From: a cyanobacterium endosymbiont of Braarudosphaera bigelowii
GTDB lineage: Bacteria > Cyanobacteriota > Cyanobacteriia > Cyanobacteriales > Microcystaceae
DNA: 32,000 nucleotides
Direction of reading: 5' to 3'
Assembly (NCBI RefSeq): GCF_020885515.1
Contig: NZ_AP024987.1
Location: forward strand, 1,290,001 to 1,322,000
How positions within the stretch are numbered: position 1 is the stretch's first letter; the number at the start of each line of letters is the position of its first letter. This document shows positions 21,150-31,464 of this stretch, piece after piece. The notes beneath the pieces are model-generated. The model was given only the letters and a program-made list of their open reading frames with translations, was not told the origin of the DNA and ran no database searches. A program made the position numbers and the translations under genes.

Positions 21150-22313
21150 ATGATACATATAAACAGTGTCTTGCCTCATGGTGGTCAATTAATTGATCGC
21201 ATTGCACCTTCAAATAAAAGAGAAGAATTTTTATCTCAAAAAGATAACTTACCAAGATTAAGATTGGAAGAACGTACTATTTCTGATCTAATTATGATAG
21301 CCATCGGGGGATTTAGTCCCCTCAAGGGCTTTATGGAACAAGCAGACTACCATTCAGTAGTTCAAAATATGCATTTAAGTAATGGAGTTCCTTGGTCAAT
21401 TCCAATTACCCTACCTGTTCAAGAAGAAGTTGCGAATTCTTTGAAAGAAGGAGAATTAATTAGACTCGATAATTTAGCTGGCGAATTTATCGGAGTCCTA
21501 GAGTTAACTCAAAAATATAAGTATCAAAAAAACGAAGAAGCCATAAAAGTCTACAAAACTGAAGATGAAAAACATCCTGGGGTTCAAGTATTATATAAGC
21601 AAGGAAAAATTAATTTAGCTGGATCTATATGGCTACTAGAACGAAGTGAAAATAAACTCTTTCCCAAGTATCAAATAGATCCTAGAGAATCTAGGAAACT
21701 ATTCCAGGAAAAAAAATGGTCTACTATCGTCGGATTTCAAACACGTAATCCAATTCACCGAGCTCATGAATATATTCAAAAATGTGCTTTGGAAGTTGTG
21801 GATGGTTTATTTTTACATCCTCTAGTTGGTGCTACCAAGAGTGATGACATTCCTGCAGATGTCCGAATGAAGTGTTATGAAATTATGATAAATAATTATT
21901 TTCCTCAAAAAAGGGTTATCTTAGCTATTAATCCATCAGCTATGAGATATGCAGGTCCTAGAGAAGCCATATTTCATGCAATTATACGTAAAAATTATGG
22001 TTGTACTCACTTTATAGTCGGTCGAGATCATGCAGGAGTTGGTGATTATTACGGAACTTATGATGCTCAAGATATTTTTAATGAATTTGATTTAAATGCA
22101 TTAGGCATTATTCCGATGAAATTTGAACATGCTTTTTATTGTAAACGGACTCAACAAATGGCTACCAGTAAGACAAGTCCCAGTGGAGAAAATGAACGAA
22201 TTCATCTATCAGGAACCAAGGTTAGAGAGATGTTGAGAAGTGGTGAAATGCCACCTGCACAATTTTCTCGTCCGGAAGTTGCTGCAGAACTCATAAAAGC
22301 AATGAATAATTAA
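21150..22313 (+). CDS. sat: Sulfate adenylyltransferase (ATP sulfurylase)
   Basis: [110 protein letters not shown] 21150 or the listed 21144. Confidence 0.97.
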   Translation: MIHINSVLPHGGQLIDRIAPSNKREEFLSQKDNLPRLRLEERTISDLIMIAIGGFSPLKGFMEQADYHSVVQNMHLSNGVPWSIPITLPVQEEVANSLKEGELIRLDNLAGEFIGVLELTQKYKYQKNEEAIKVYKTEDEKHPGVQVLYKQGKINLAGSIWLLERSENKLFPKYQIDPRESRKLFQEKKWSTIVGFQTRNPIHRAHEYIQKCALEVVDGLFLHPLVGATKSDDIPADVRMKCYEIMINNYFPQKRVILAINPSAMRYAGPREAIFHAIIRKNYGCTHFIVGRDHAGVGDYYGTYDAQDIFNEFDLNALGIIPMKFEHAFYCKRTQQMATSKTSPSGENERIHLSGTKVREMLRSGEMPPAQFSRPEVAAELIKAMNN

Positions 22314-22327
22314 GATAAGTAAGTTAA

Positions 22328-22373
22328 AAGGAGTCAAAATAAAGATTACTATTAATTTTTCAACTGACTCCTT
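22328..22373. repeat. 9-bp inverted repeat just after sat, weak terminator candidate
   Basis: AAGGAGTCA (22328-22336) and TGACTCCTT (22365-22373), 28-nt loop. No T tract. Confidence 0.3.
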
Positions 22374-22463
22374 AAAAACGTTATAATTAGAGCATGTAAT
22401 TCAATCCATACATTTTAGAGTAAGTTTTATAGCGTTATTTCCCCAAGAGAGCAAATAGGAACC

Positions 22464-24692
22464 ATGAAATGGGATCGACGAACTTTTTTACAGGCCTTAC
22501 TCACCTGGGGGATTGCTCAGGGAAGTACTATACGGCCAAGCTACAACAGTAAATTTTATAGATACCACAAGGCCTTAGCAGAATCCACAAATCGTAAATT
22601 GGCTTTACTAATAGGTATTAATACTTATACTAAAAATCTTAGTTTAAAAGGTTGTTTAACCGACATTGAAAGACAAAAAGATTTATTAGTTAACCGTTTT
22701 GGTTTTCATCCAACAAATATTCTTACCCTGGCTAATGAACAAGCCACTTGTCAAAATATTAAAAATGCCTTTCTAGAACATTTAGTAAATCAAGCCAAAA
22801 CAGATGATGTTGTATTAGTCCATTTTAGTGGTTATGGTACACAGGTCAAGATACCCTCAAACAGGATATCTCCTGTTTCCGATTATTCAGTCTTAACTCA
22901 AGGAATTATTCCTAGTGAAGGTAACCAATTAAATAAAAATATAACTCTCACGAATAATATTCTTCAAGAAACACTATTTTTACTAGGAAAATTAGTAGAT
23001 ACAGAGAAATTAACTATGGTCTTCGATACTAGTTATTATAGTACCGGAGAAATTAATCAAGGAAATTTGAGAGTACGTTCCTTACCATACCAGGTATCAG
23101 AAGCCAACACAGATGAGTTGGTTTGGCAAGCAGAATTAAAAAGTAAAATCCAGAATAGTGGAATCTCAAATGACTACGGAACCATCCTATCTGCTGCTGG
23201 GATAGGTCAAGTTGCTACAGAAATTAAAGGAAATGATTTCAGTGTAGGACTTTTTACATATGCATTGACTCAATATTTGTGGTCAGTTACTCCTGCGAGT
23301 CGGATTAATATAGCTTTAAACAAAGCTACAGAAGAAGTTCTACCAATTGTGGGAGAAAGCCAAAAACCACAGCAACAAAATAGCACTCAAAAATCTCTAT
23401 TTGCATATTATCTGTTGCCTATTAATTTCCAAGGAGCAGAGGCTTTGATTGATCATGCTGAAGATCTTGATAATATCCAAATTATTTTTACTGGAATTTC
23501 AGCTGATATTCTGAGACATTATGGATTAAATTCTATTTTCCATACCATGTCTTCCAATCCATTATCTTTTTTCCAGTTACACTCTCGTGATGGTCTAAAA
23601 GGGAAGGTACACCAAATTTCGAAAGGAACTAGAATTTATCAGCCTGATTTAATAGGTCAATTATTACAAGAATCAGTCCGTTGTTTACCACGTACATTAG
23701 GACTAACTGTTGCCCTTGATTCAAAGTTACAAAGAATTGAAAGAGTGGATGCTACTAGTGCCTTTTCTGTAATTGATATAGTATCAGACATAACTAATGA
23801 TGAAGAAAAACCTGTCGATTGTATTTTGGGATTACTTGCTTCATTTCCTTTTTCAACCTCTAGTTCAGAGTCTTTAAATTCATCAGAAAAATCAAAATAT
23901 GGACTCTTTCTCCCAGGTGGGGTTCAATTCCCTAATACTTCGGGTAAAACTGGAGAAGCTATTAAGTCTGCTGTTGGAAGACTACATCCAAATTTGGAAA
24001 AACTTTTAGCAGTAAAATTACTACGATTAACTGTTAACGAAAGTTCTTCTAAATTACTTTGCTCCATAAATCTTGAGGGACTTAATCCTGAGCCCTATCC
24101 AATAGATAAAAGAGAGACTAATAGAAACAAAATATTTACTTCTCAAATAGGCGAAATTAAAGATAACCCTTACGAGATTTCTAACCTTCAGGGATTGCCC
24201 AAAGTTGCACGAGGTACTCGTTTACGCTATTGTTTGCACAATCAAGGTGATAAAACTCTTGATTTTATAATTTTCGGAATTAATAGTAATGGCAAAGTAA
24301 TTGCTTATATTCCTGCTCATGAAAAAGAAATAGAATTAAAAGCCCAAGGTGCAAGCTTCTTGAAACCAGGTATGAAAAATGCTATTCCGTCTACTTCAAG
24401 TGGTTTAACCTGGACAACGTCAAGCACTAGAGGATGGGAGCAGATTTTACTAATTGCTTCAATATATCCCTTCTACAATACTTGGCAAGCTTTAAAAAAA
24501 ATACCAGAATTTAAAATAGAAAAGGACCAGATTATTATTCTTAACGATCCATTAAGCATAGCTAAAGCGCTTTTAGAAGATTTAAACACGGCTAGTATAC
24601 AAATAAATAAGAGGATTATGTCAAATTCTGATACTTATAATCTTGATGTTAAAGCCTGGTCTACCCTAAGCTTTATTTATCAAATTATATAG
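22464..24692 (+). CDS. Caspase-fold (peptidase C14, orthocaspase-type) protein with C-terminal DUF4384-like region and degenerate catalytic dyad
   Basis: Twin-arginine-like MKWDRRTFLQALLTWGIAQG; p20-like KLALLIGINTYTKNLSLKGCLTDIERQKDLLVNRFGF, VLVHFSGYGTQV (SGHG read as SGYG), MVFDTSYYSTGEI (D-x-C-H-S-G position read as D-T-S-Y-Y-S). Confidence 0.88.
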   Translation: MKWDRRTFLQALLTWGIAQGSTIRPSYNSKFYRYHKALAESTNRKLALLIGINTYTKNLSLKGCLTDIERQKDLLVNRFGFHPTNILTLANEQATCQNIKNAFLEHLVNQAKTDDVVLVHFSGYGTQVKIPSNRISPVSDYSVLTQGIIPSEGNQLNKNITLTNNILQETLFLLGKLVDTEKLTMVFDTSYYSTGEINQGNLRVRSLPYQVSEANTDELVWQAELKSKIQNSGISNDYGTILSAAGIGQVATEIKGNDFSVGLFTYALTQYLWSVTPASRINIALNKATEEVLPIVGESQKPQQQNSTQKSLFAYYLLPINFQGAEALIDHAEDLDNIQIIFTGISADILRHYGLNSIFHTMSSNPLSFFQLHSRDGLKGKVHQISKGTRIYQPDLIGQLLQESVRCLPRTLGLTVALDSKLQRIERVDATSAFSVIDIVSDITNDEEKPVDCILGLLASFPFSTSSSESLNSSEKSKYGLFLPGGVQFPNTSGKTGEAIKSAVGRLHPNLEKLLAVKLLRLTVNESSSKLLCSINLEGLNPEPYPIDKRETNRNKIFTSQIGEIKDNPYEISNLQGLPKVARGTRLRYCLHNQGDKTLDFIIFGINSNGKVIAYIPAHEKEIELKAQGASFLKPGMKNAIPSTSSGLTWTTSSTRGWEQILLIASIYPFYNTWQALKKIPEFKIEKDQIIILNDPLSIAKALLEDLNTASIQINKRIMSNSDTYNLDVKAWSTLSFIYQII

Positions 24693-24986
24693 ATTTAGAA
24701 ATTTCAGGATATATTATGGCCAAGAATTTTAATTGTTTAAAAATTATAATTTCTACTAGAAAACTTGTAAGGCAGTTGGTTGTTTAGAAAGTATTGGGAA
24801 AAGTAACTATATTTATTAGATATATATCTCATACGTAAATAACTAGATACTATATTTATCGTTTAAGTAATTAATCTTATCAATTTTGTTAATCAATTTT
24901 TTTTTGTAGAAGTAAAGCTATTCTACACATAATTATAAAATAAGATTTGATTTTAGGTTAGTTTAAACAAGGTTGTGTTAACTTAG

Positions 24987-27539
24987 ATGGGTAAAACGTA
25001 TAAGAATGAGACAAAGTCTGCTTCTGCTCATCTCCTCTTATCACGCTGCAAGTATTTGGTTCCTAAACCCTTGAGCTTGATATTATCAATTAAGATGCTG
25101 TCATTTGTTCCACCACCTAATCTACCAATCCAAGTCCAAACGATTGTTACTCATAAAGAGAAACAATTTCAACCATTTTTGAATATTAACTCACTATTAA
25201 TTGATTCAAAAAAATATAGTTCTAAACCAATTAAATTAAGTGGTTTAGGAAATGTTTCGCCTTCTAAAATTACTTTTAATAGCTTTAAAAATCAATTAAC
25301 CGATATACAAAAACTTTCTAATTCAAAAGTTTTTTCTTTATCTTTGTTAACAGAAAAAAATATTGACAATTTAAAGAGAGTTACTCAAAGAGAGAATCTT
25401 GAAACCCTACAGTCTTTTAGAAAAAGTGCTAATGGGTTGTCAAAAAGACGAACTATTAAGGTAAATAAAAACTTCAATGAACAAGAGAAAATCTTATTTT
25501 CAAATCTTGACCCAGAAGACCAAAAATTACAACAATTAACATTTAATGTAATTACAGAAGATAAATCATCTATAAGCCAACAAATTAAACCTGTATCTAA
25601 ACTTGCTCCAAGAAAAATAATTGGAGTAGTAGAATTGATTGCAGATCGTCAAGAGTATGACTCCGAAAAAGAAGTAGTATACGCAGAAGGAAAAGTTGTT
25701 ATGCGTTTTACCAATGGAGTCTTACTGGCTGATCGCTTATGGATAAATCTTCCTAATAGGTTTGCCGTAGCTGAAGGTAATGTAGTCTTAGATCGAGGAG
25801 AACAGACACTACGAGGAGAAAGATTTGAATACTATTTCGTTCAGGATAGCGGAGTCATCTTTAATGCAAGTGGACAAATATATCAACCTACCACAGGACA
25901 GGATTTCACTCCTACTTTACCTACTGCATCTGATAGCAATTTAATTCCTAATCAAATTTTAAATGAAAGATTAGCCCTTGAACAGCCACTGAAGAAAGTT
26001 ACTAGAGCAGAAGGAATAAGTTATTCCTTTGGACTTTCATTAGAAGAAGATAACATTCAAAATATGGGAGCTAATGTAGGCCAGCGCAATGGAGGACAAA
26101 TTAATAGAATTCGCTTTCAAGCAGAACGAATAAAATTTGATGCCAATGGTTGGCGAGCTAATAATGCTAGATTAACGAATGATCCGTTTTCTCCTCCTGA
26201 AGTTGAAGTTCGTGCCGAGGCAGCTACTTATAGGAACATAGCTCCTTTGGTGGACGAAGTAAAACTTACCAATTCAAGAGTTGTTCTTGATCAAATCAAT
26301 TCTTTCCCAACTCAAGATCGTCTTATATTTGATCACAGAGATCGTCAACCAGGAGTTATTTCTTTTGGCTTTGATGACCGTGATAGAGGAGGACTATTTG
26401 TGGAAAGGGGATTTAATATTGTTGATACAGATAACATAAATTGGGAAATAACACCTCAATACTATATCCAGAAAGCAGTTTCTCCTCAAGGATTAACTGT
26501 TGATGATCAAAATACGGATCTATTTCAAGAAGATAAAGATGATATTGAATTAATAAGCCCCCCTGCTTTTGGTTTAGTTAGTGAAATTAATGCTAATTTA
26601 AATAACAAAACTACGTTTTTTGCCAGAACCTCCCTTACAAGTCTAGAATTTGATGATGTAGAAGATCGTTTGAGAGTCAAAAGTTTTGCACAGTATAGAA
26701 TTGGAAATTCGGCTGCTCCTCATGATTTAAGATTTGAATATAATTATCGTGAACGCCTTTTCAACGGTTCTCTAGGATTTCAAACAGTTCGCAGTAGTGC
26801 TGGAATTCTTCTTGTTTCTCCTGATATCGCCTTAGATAAATCAGGTCTTCAGCTAAGTTATCAAGGGTCTTTTCAAACTGTTAATGCTGATACAGATAAA
26901 TATAGTTTGCTTGGACTTAATTCTAGTGATAATCGAATTAGTTTAACTCGACTGCAAGGAGCTGTTTCTTTAAACCGTCCATTTTTATTATGGTATGGAA
27001 AAGCTCTTCCTCCTGATCCAGAACAGGGCTTAAAATATACTGCGACTCCAGTACTACCTTTCCTAGTTCTATCAACTGGAGTTACAGGAGTAACAAGTTT
27101 GTATGGTAATGGAGATTCTCAGCCTTCTATCTTGGGAAATATTAGGCTATCTGGACAAGTTGGTAATTTTTCTAAACCGTTCTTAGATTATACTGGCTTC
27201 AATATTAGCTTTAGTCAAGCGCTTAGAGGAGATCCTTCTCCATTTATGTTTGATCGTTTTGCAGATTTAAAAACTTTATCTTGGGGAATAAGTCAACAAT
27301 TATATGGTCCAGTTCGTCTTGGTGTACAAAGCTCTTACAATATAGACAGAGATCGTGAGATTAATACTGATTTATTCATTGAATATAGTCGTCGTACATA
27401 TAATATCCTATTACGATATAATTCAGTCTTAAAGGTTGGTTCTCTTTCTTTACGTATTAGTGACTTTAATTGGGGAGGAAATCCAGGTCCATTTGATGGT
27501 ACAGGTATTAGACCTGTCATCCAAGGGATGCCTCGCTAG
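24987..27539 (+). CDS. DUF3769 / LptD-like outer-membrane beta-barrel protein
   Basis: OstA/LptA-like stretch ELIADRQEYDSEKEVVYAEGKVVMRFTNGVLLADRLWINLPNRFAVAEGNVVLDRGEQTLRGERFEY, then long alternating beta-rich region with DNINWEITPQYYIQKA and YNIDRDREINTDLFIEYSRRTYNILLRY. Confidence 0.85.
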   Translation: MGKTYKNETKSASAHLLLSRCKYLVPKPLSLILSIKMLSFVPPPNLPIQVQTIVTHKEKQFQPFLNINSLLIDSKKYSSKPIKLSGLGNVSPSKITFNSFKNQLTDIQKLSNSKVFSLSLLTEKNIDNLKRVTQRENLETLQSFRKSANGLSKRRTIKVNKNFNEQEKILFSNLDPEDQKLQQLTFNVITEDKSSISQQIKPVSKLAPRKIIGVVELIADRQEYDSEKEVVYAEGKVVMRFTNGVLLADRLWINLPNRFAVAEGNVVLDRGEQTLRGERFEYYFVQDSGVIFNASGQIYQPTTGQDFTPTLPTASDSNLIPNQILNERLALEQPLKKVTRAEGISYSFGLSLEEDNIQNMGANVGQRNGGQINRIRFQAERIKFDANGWRANNARLTNDPFSPPEVEVRAEAATYRNIAPLVDEVKLTNSRVVLDQINSFPTQDRLIFDHRDRQPGVISFGFDDRDRGGLFVERGFNIVDTDNINWEITPQYYIQKAVSPQGLTVDDQNTDLFQEDKDDIELISPPAFGLVSEINANLNNKTTFFARTSLTSLEFDDVEDRLRVKSFAQYRIGNSAAPHDLRFEYNYRERLFNGSLGFQTVRSSAGILLVSPDIALDKSGLQLSYQGSFQTVNADTDKYSLLGLNSSDNRISLTRLQGAVSLNRPFLLWYGKALPPDPEQGLKYTATPVLPFLVLSTGVTGVTSLYGNGDSQPSILGNIRLSGQVGNFSKPFLDYTGFNISFSQALRGDPSPFMFDRFADLKTLSWGISQQLYGPVRLGVQSSYNIDRDREINTDLFIEYSRRTYNILLRYNSVLKVGSLSLRISDFNWGGNPGPFDGTGIRPVIQGMPR

Positions 27540-27618
27540 ATAAAATATCGTGATATAATAGTAGGCTTGAGATAAAAACTCATCAATAAAGTTCAAATCA
27601 TAGGGACATAAAATTAGA

Positions 27619-27867
27619 ATGGTTAAATTAAGATTGAAAAAATTTGGAAAAAAACGAGAAGCTAGTTATAGAATAGTTGCTATAAAAAGTAGAGCTCGTA
27701 GAGATGGACGTCCTCTCGAAGAATTAGGATTTTATAATCCGAGAACTAATGAAACACGATTAAATATTCCTTCTATTGTTGCTCGTTTACAACAAGGCGC
27801 TCAACCAAGCGATACTGTTCGAGCTATTCTTGAAAAAGCAAAAGTTTTTGAACAAATTAATGTTTGA
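27619..27867 (+). CDS. rpsP: 30S ribosomal protein S16
   Basis: [67 protein letters not shown]. Confidence 0.97.
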   Translation: MVKLRLKKFGKKREASYRIVAIKSRARRDGRPLEELGFYNPRTNETRLNIPSIVARLQQGAQPSDTVRAILEKAKVFEQINV

Positions 27868-28201
27868 GTTGACTGATGTGATTAGTTCTCATAATTCTAA
27901 AACTCCTGACTACTTAAAATTAGTAGAATTTCTAATTGAACCTTTACTAGAGTCTCCAAAATCTTTAAGTATTGACTGTGAGAAAATCAACAGTAGTCAA
28001 AGAGTTTGGATAAGATTAGCTGTTGATGAAGTAGATAAAGGGCGAATTTATGGAAGAGGGGGACGTAATATTCAGGCGATTCAAACTATTCTGACTACAG
28101 CAGCAAGTACTGCAGGTCAATCGCTTTATCTTGATATTTATAATATACCTGATAAAAATATCTATTCTCAGGTTTCCCCAAGAAATCAACCTATGTCGTA
28201 A
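27860..28201 (+). CDS. KH-domain RNA-binding protein (KhpA-like)
   Basis: ATG at 27860 overlaps the rpsP stop by 8 nt. [55 protein letters not shown] (KH GxxG). The listed 27776 start would overlap rpsP extensively. Confidence 0.88.
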   Translation: MFELTDVISSHNSKTPDYLKLVEFLIEPLLESPKSLSIDCEKINSSQRVWIRLAVDEVDKGRIYGRGGRNIQAIQTILTTAASTAGQSLYLDIYNIPDKNIYSQVSPRNQPMS

Positions 28202-28275
28202 ATTTGTTTGACGATGTTCTCATCTTTAAAGAGACAATGCATAATAATTGCTCTTAAAACTCGTTAATAAGAAAA

Positions 28276-29535
28276 ATGAAGCCCATTGACATTCTAATAC
28301 TTTCAAATGGCCCAGGAGAAATAACTACCTGGGTCAGACCTGTTGTAGTTTCTTTGCGCAATCTTCTTGGAAATGATCGCTCTCAAGTCAGAATTTCAGT
28401 AATGTTATCCCCATGTCCTCATAGTACAGGACAAGAATCTCTTATTGTTGAAAATTATATTGAAGTAGACCGAGTACAGTCTAGTAAGTTTTTTTTCCCT
28501 TTCATATTATTTGGAAAAACATCTGATAATTGGGACTGGAGAAAAAAAGGAATTGTTTTATTTTTAGGTGGCGATCAGTTTTATACTTTACTTGTTAGTA
28601 AAAGATTAGGATATAAATCTTTAACTTATGCAGAATGGGAAGCTAGATGGTATCGCTGGCTTGATACTTTTGCTGTTATGAATCAACCTGTTATTAATAA
28701 AGTTCCACAAATATATCAAAATAAATTTATAGTTGTTGGAGATTTAATGGCAGATTTTACTCCAGCTCCATTAGACATAGTGAAAATGGTTGGTAATCCT
28801 TTCATTGCTCTTTTACCTGGTTCTAAAGCAGGTAAATTAACTCAAGGGGTTCCACTCTGTTTAGCTATTGCTAAGCATATTTATCAACAGCGTCCTAATA
28901 CTTACTTCATTCTTCCAGTTGCTCCTACGTTAAATATTAGCGACTTAGTCCACTATGCTCAATCTAGCCATAATCCTCTTGTAAAAGAAATGGGAGGAGT
29001 AGAGGCTAGTTTAACAGTTAGAAATATTAACAAGGTAAAAAAATACTTTTTACAAATTAATAATGGACCTAATATAGAATTAATTAATGATTCTCCAGCA
29101 CATTCTTATTTACGTAAATGTTGCCTTGCACTTACAACTGTAGGAGCTAATACTGCAGAATTAGGAGCCTTGGGCATTCCAATGATAGTTTTACTTCCAA
29201 CTCAAAAGCTCGATGCTATGAGAACATGGGATGGTATCCCAGGAATTTTATCTAGCTTGCCATTTGTTGGGAGTAAGTTTGCAAAATTTATAAATTCGCA
29301 AGTTATTAAAGAAGGTCGTTTATTTGCATGGCCTAATATATGGGCAAAAGAAAAAATTGTTCCTGAACTAGTGGGAGAGTTACAGCCGGATCAGATAGCT
29401 AACAAAGTTTTAGACTTTCTAAATAACCCTTTAAAACTACAAAAGATACACTATAACTTACTAAAAGTTAGAGGAAATTCTGGAGCAGCTTTTCGAATTG
29501 CTAAAATTATTAGAGATCAATTAGATTTGACTTAA
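28276..29535 (+). CDS. Lipid-A-disaccharide synthase-related protein (LpxB-like glycosyltransferase)
   Basis: ILILSNGPGEITTWVRPVVVSLR, FLGGDQFYTLLVSKRLGYKSLTYAEWEARW, FIALLPGSKAGKLTQGVPLCLAIAKHI, CCLALTTVGANTAELGALGIPMIVLLPTQ. Confidence 0.85.
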   Translation: MKPIDILILSNGPGEITTWVRPVVVSLRNLLGNDRSQVRISVMLSPCPHSTGQESLIVENYIEVDRVQSSKFFFPFILFGKTSDNWDWRKKGIVLFLGGDQFYTLLVSKRLGYKSLTYAEWEARWYRWLDTFAVMNQPVINKVPQIYQNKFIVVGDLMADFTPAPLDIVKMVGNPFIALLPGSKAGKLTQGVPLCLAIAKHIYQQRPNTYFILPVAPTLNISDLVHYAQSSHNPLVKEMGGVEASLTVRNINKVKKYFLQINNGPNIELINDSPAHSYLRKCCLALTTVGANTAELGALGIPMIVLLPTQKLDAMRTWDGIPGILSSLPFVGSKFAKFINSQVIKEGRLFAWPNIWAKEKIVPELVGELQPDQIANKVLDFLNNPLKLQKIHYNLLKVRGNSGAAFRIAKIIRDQLDLT

Positions 29536-29777
29536 TACTTAATTGTTTTCATCATATGAAGTTAACCTTATATTAAGGTAAAGTAAATATTTATTTTAAA
29601 ATAATTCAAATATATAAATAGGTTTATGTGTCCATAATGAACAAATTATGTAAGATTAGACTGAATAGTTCGTATAGAAATTTTTCCTGAAAAATTATTT
29701 TGTGAATAGAAGCATAACTTACTATATAAATGGTAAGATCTTCTTGTCTGGCACAGTCACAATATTAAGGAAAAACC

Positions 29778-30191
29778 ATGGTAGAAGAGACAAAGCCTAA
29801 AGAAAAAAAAGAGAAAAAGGAAAAACCTCCTGCTATTGAGGATAAGCCATTTACTGAGTTTATAGAGCAGCATTTTGTACCTACTCTTAAAGAAAGTTTA
29901 AATAAAAAAGGGTTAACTGATATAGAACTATCTTTTACTCAAGCCCCAATTTCTATTGTTGGTGCAAGTACCAATGAATCTTGTTCGCAAATCATTGGTA
30001 CTTGGAGTAATAGTCAACGTCAATTTATAATTTATTTTCCTGAAGAAAGCATTAGTGGTCAAAAGGCCTTTTCTTATGGCCATAATAATAAATTTTTTAG
30101 CACTCTTGAATCTTTTATGATAGACGAGCGCAAGGTTACTCTAGATCTTCTAATACTGTACACATTGCAGCGTATTACTAGACAGAAATGA
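29778..30191 (+). CDS. DUF2996 domain-containing protein
   Basis: Charged Lys/Glu-rich N-terminus, then KPFTEFIEQHFVPTLKESLNKKGLTDIELSFTQAPISIVG...CSQIIGTWSNSQRQFIIYFPEESISGQKAFSYGHN...STLESFMIDERKVTLDLLILYTLQRIT, characteristic of this cyanobacterial family. Confidence 0.8.
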   Translation: MVEETKPKEKKEKKEKPPAIEDKPFTEFIEQHFVPTLKESLNKKGLTDIELSFTQAPISIVGASTNESCSQIIGTWSNSQRQFIIYFPEESISGQKAFSYGHNNKFFSTLESFMIDERKVTLDLLILYTLQRITRQK

Positions 30192-30258
30192 TCTGCTAAA
30201 TATTTATTAAAACTGAGTTGATTAATCATATAGGTCATCAACTCTATAATGGTGAAGA

Positions 30259-30346
30259 TATAGCCTAGATTATCTTAGTTGATAAATACTTATTGTGAGG
30301 ATTAGCGCTTCAGAAAGAAAATATGTTGATCCTCACATAGGCTATA
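30259..30346. repeat. Two-part nested inverted repeat between convergent DUF2996 and murB genes
   Basis: Outer TATAGCCTA (30259-30267)/TAGGCTATA (30338-30346) and inner TGTGAGGAT (30294-30302)/ATCCTCACA (30329-30337). Right arms are contiguous; left arms are separated by a 26-nt bulge. Confidence 0.6.
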
Positions 30347-30412
30347 TAATTATAGAAACATACTCATCATAGTAGGTAAGTCTTAAATAATCTTTTTTTT
30401 TACTTACTAAGA

Positions 30413-31348
30413 TTAGAAGGTAGAAAACTCTCCTAAGATTTTTACTTCTGGTTCAAGTAATAATGACCAATGGTCTTGAACCTTTTGTTGAACATAGCGA
30501 ATTAAATAGAAAATATCTTCTGCCTTAGCATGACCACAATTTAAAATAAAATTAGCGTGACAATGAGATATTTCAGCATCACCTACACGGTGACCTTTTA
30601 ATCCTAATTGTTCTATTAACCATCCTGCTGAATATGACGAAGGATTTCGAAACACGCTTCCACAGCTTGGCTTGTCATAAGGTTGAGAACTTTTTCTTTT
30701 TTGAAGATTTTCTTGCGTTTTCTTTGTTATCTCTTCTCTAGTGAATCCTTGTTGCAGTTGAAGAGTTGCTTCAAGAACTAAATATTTTCCATTTTGCAAA
30801 AAGGAAGTTCTATAATTATAATTTAGATCTTCAGGTGTCAATGTTTTAATTTTACCATCGTAAGACAAAACAACTACATTCACTAATAAATCAGCGATAC
30901 ACTTATTGTGAGCCCCTGCATTCATAACAACTGCTCCACCAACTGTTCCAGGAATACCAACAGCCCATTCTAGGCCTAGCCAACCTTTTTTAGCAGCTTG
31001 CCAAGCGACACTGACAATTGGTCTTCCCGCAGCTACTGTAACACATCCTGTCTCCTCATTAAATTGATAATGACGAAAATTACGTGTACTTAGTACTAAT
31101 CCTTCAATCCCTTTATCACTTATTAAAAGATTAGAACCAGCTCCCAGTAATGTTAATGACAAATTTTTACTTGAGAACCATTCAAAAGTTGCTTGTAGTT
31201 CTTGCCAATTATGGGGAGTTGCATACCATTGAGCTTTTCCACCTACTTTGTAAGAAGTGTAAGGAGCCAAAGATACATTACTATGAATCTTCCCCATAGC
31301 ACCATGTGATTTAATATATCCAGACAAAGAAGGAAATAGATGAGTCAT
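30413..31348 (-). CDS. murB: UDP-N-acetylmuramate dehydrogenase
   Basis: NVSLAPYTSYKVGGKAQWYATP, LGAGSNLLISDKGIEGLVL, GLEWAVGIPGTVGGAVVMNAGAHNKCIADLL, KPSCGSVFRNP, GWLIEQLGLKGHRVGDAEISHCHANFI. Confidence 0.97.
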   Translation of the reverse strand: MTHLFPSLSGYIKSHGAMGKIHSNVSLAPYTSYKVGGKAQWYATPHNWQELQATFEWFSSKNLSLTLLGAGSNLLISDKGIEGLVLSTRNFRHYQFNEETGCVTVAAGRPIVSVAWQAAKKGWLGLEWAVGIPGTVGGAVVMNAGAHNKCIADLLVNVVVLSYDGKIKTLTPEDLNYNYRTSFLQNGKYLVLEATLQLQQGFTREEITKKTQENLQKRKSSQPYDKPSCGSVFRNPSSYSAGWLIEQLGLKGHRVGDAEISHCHANFILNCGHAKAEDIFYLIRYVQQKVQDHWSLLLEPEVKILGEFSTF

Positions 31349-31464
31349 AAACTATCTAAATTAATTAAAGTTGACTGGAAAATACGACTGCTAGCTTAAT
31401 AAATTGTTCCGTTTCATGGACATGGTACATACTATAGTTTAATCAATTTTAATTATTAGTTAAT

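Noticed and set aside
19741-27520. Small ORFs at 19741-20034 (+), 21070-21255 (-) and 27335-27520 (-)
   Set aside because: Shadows of the substrate-binding protein, sat and DUF3769 genes or their leaders, with no coding signature.
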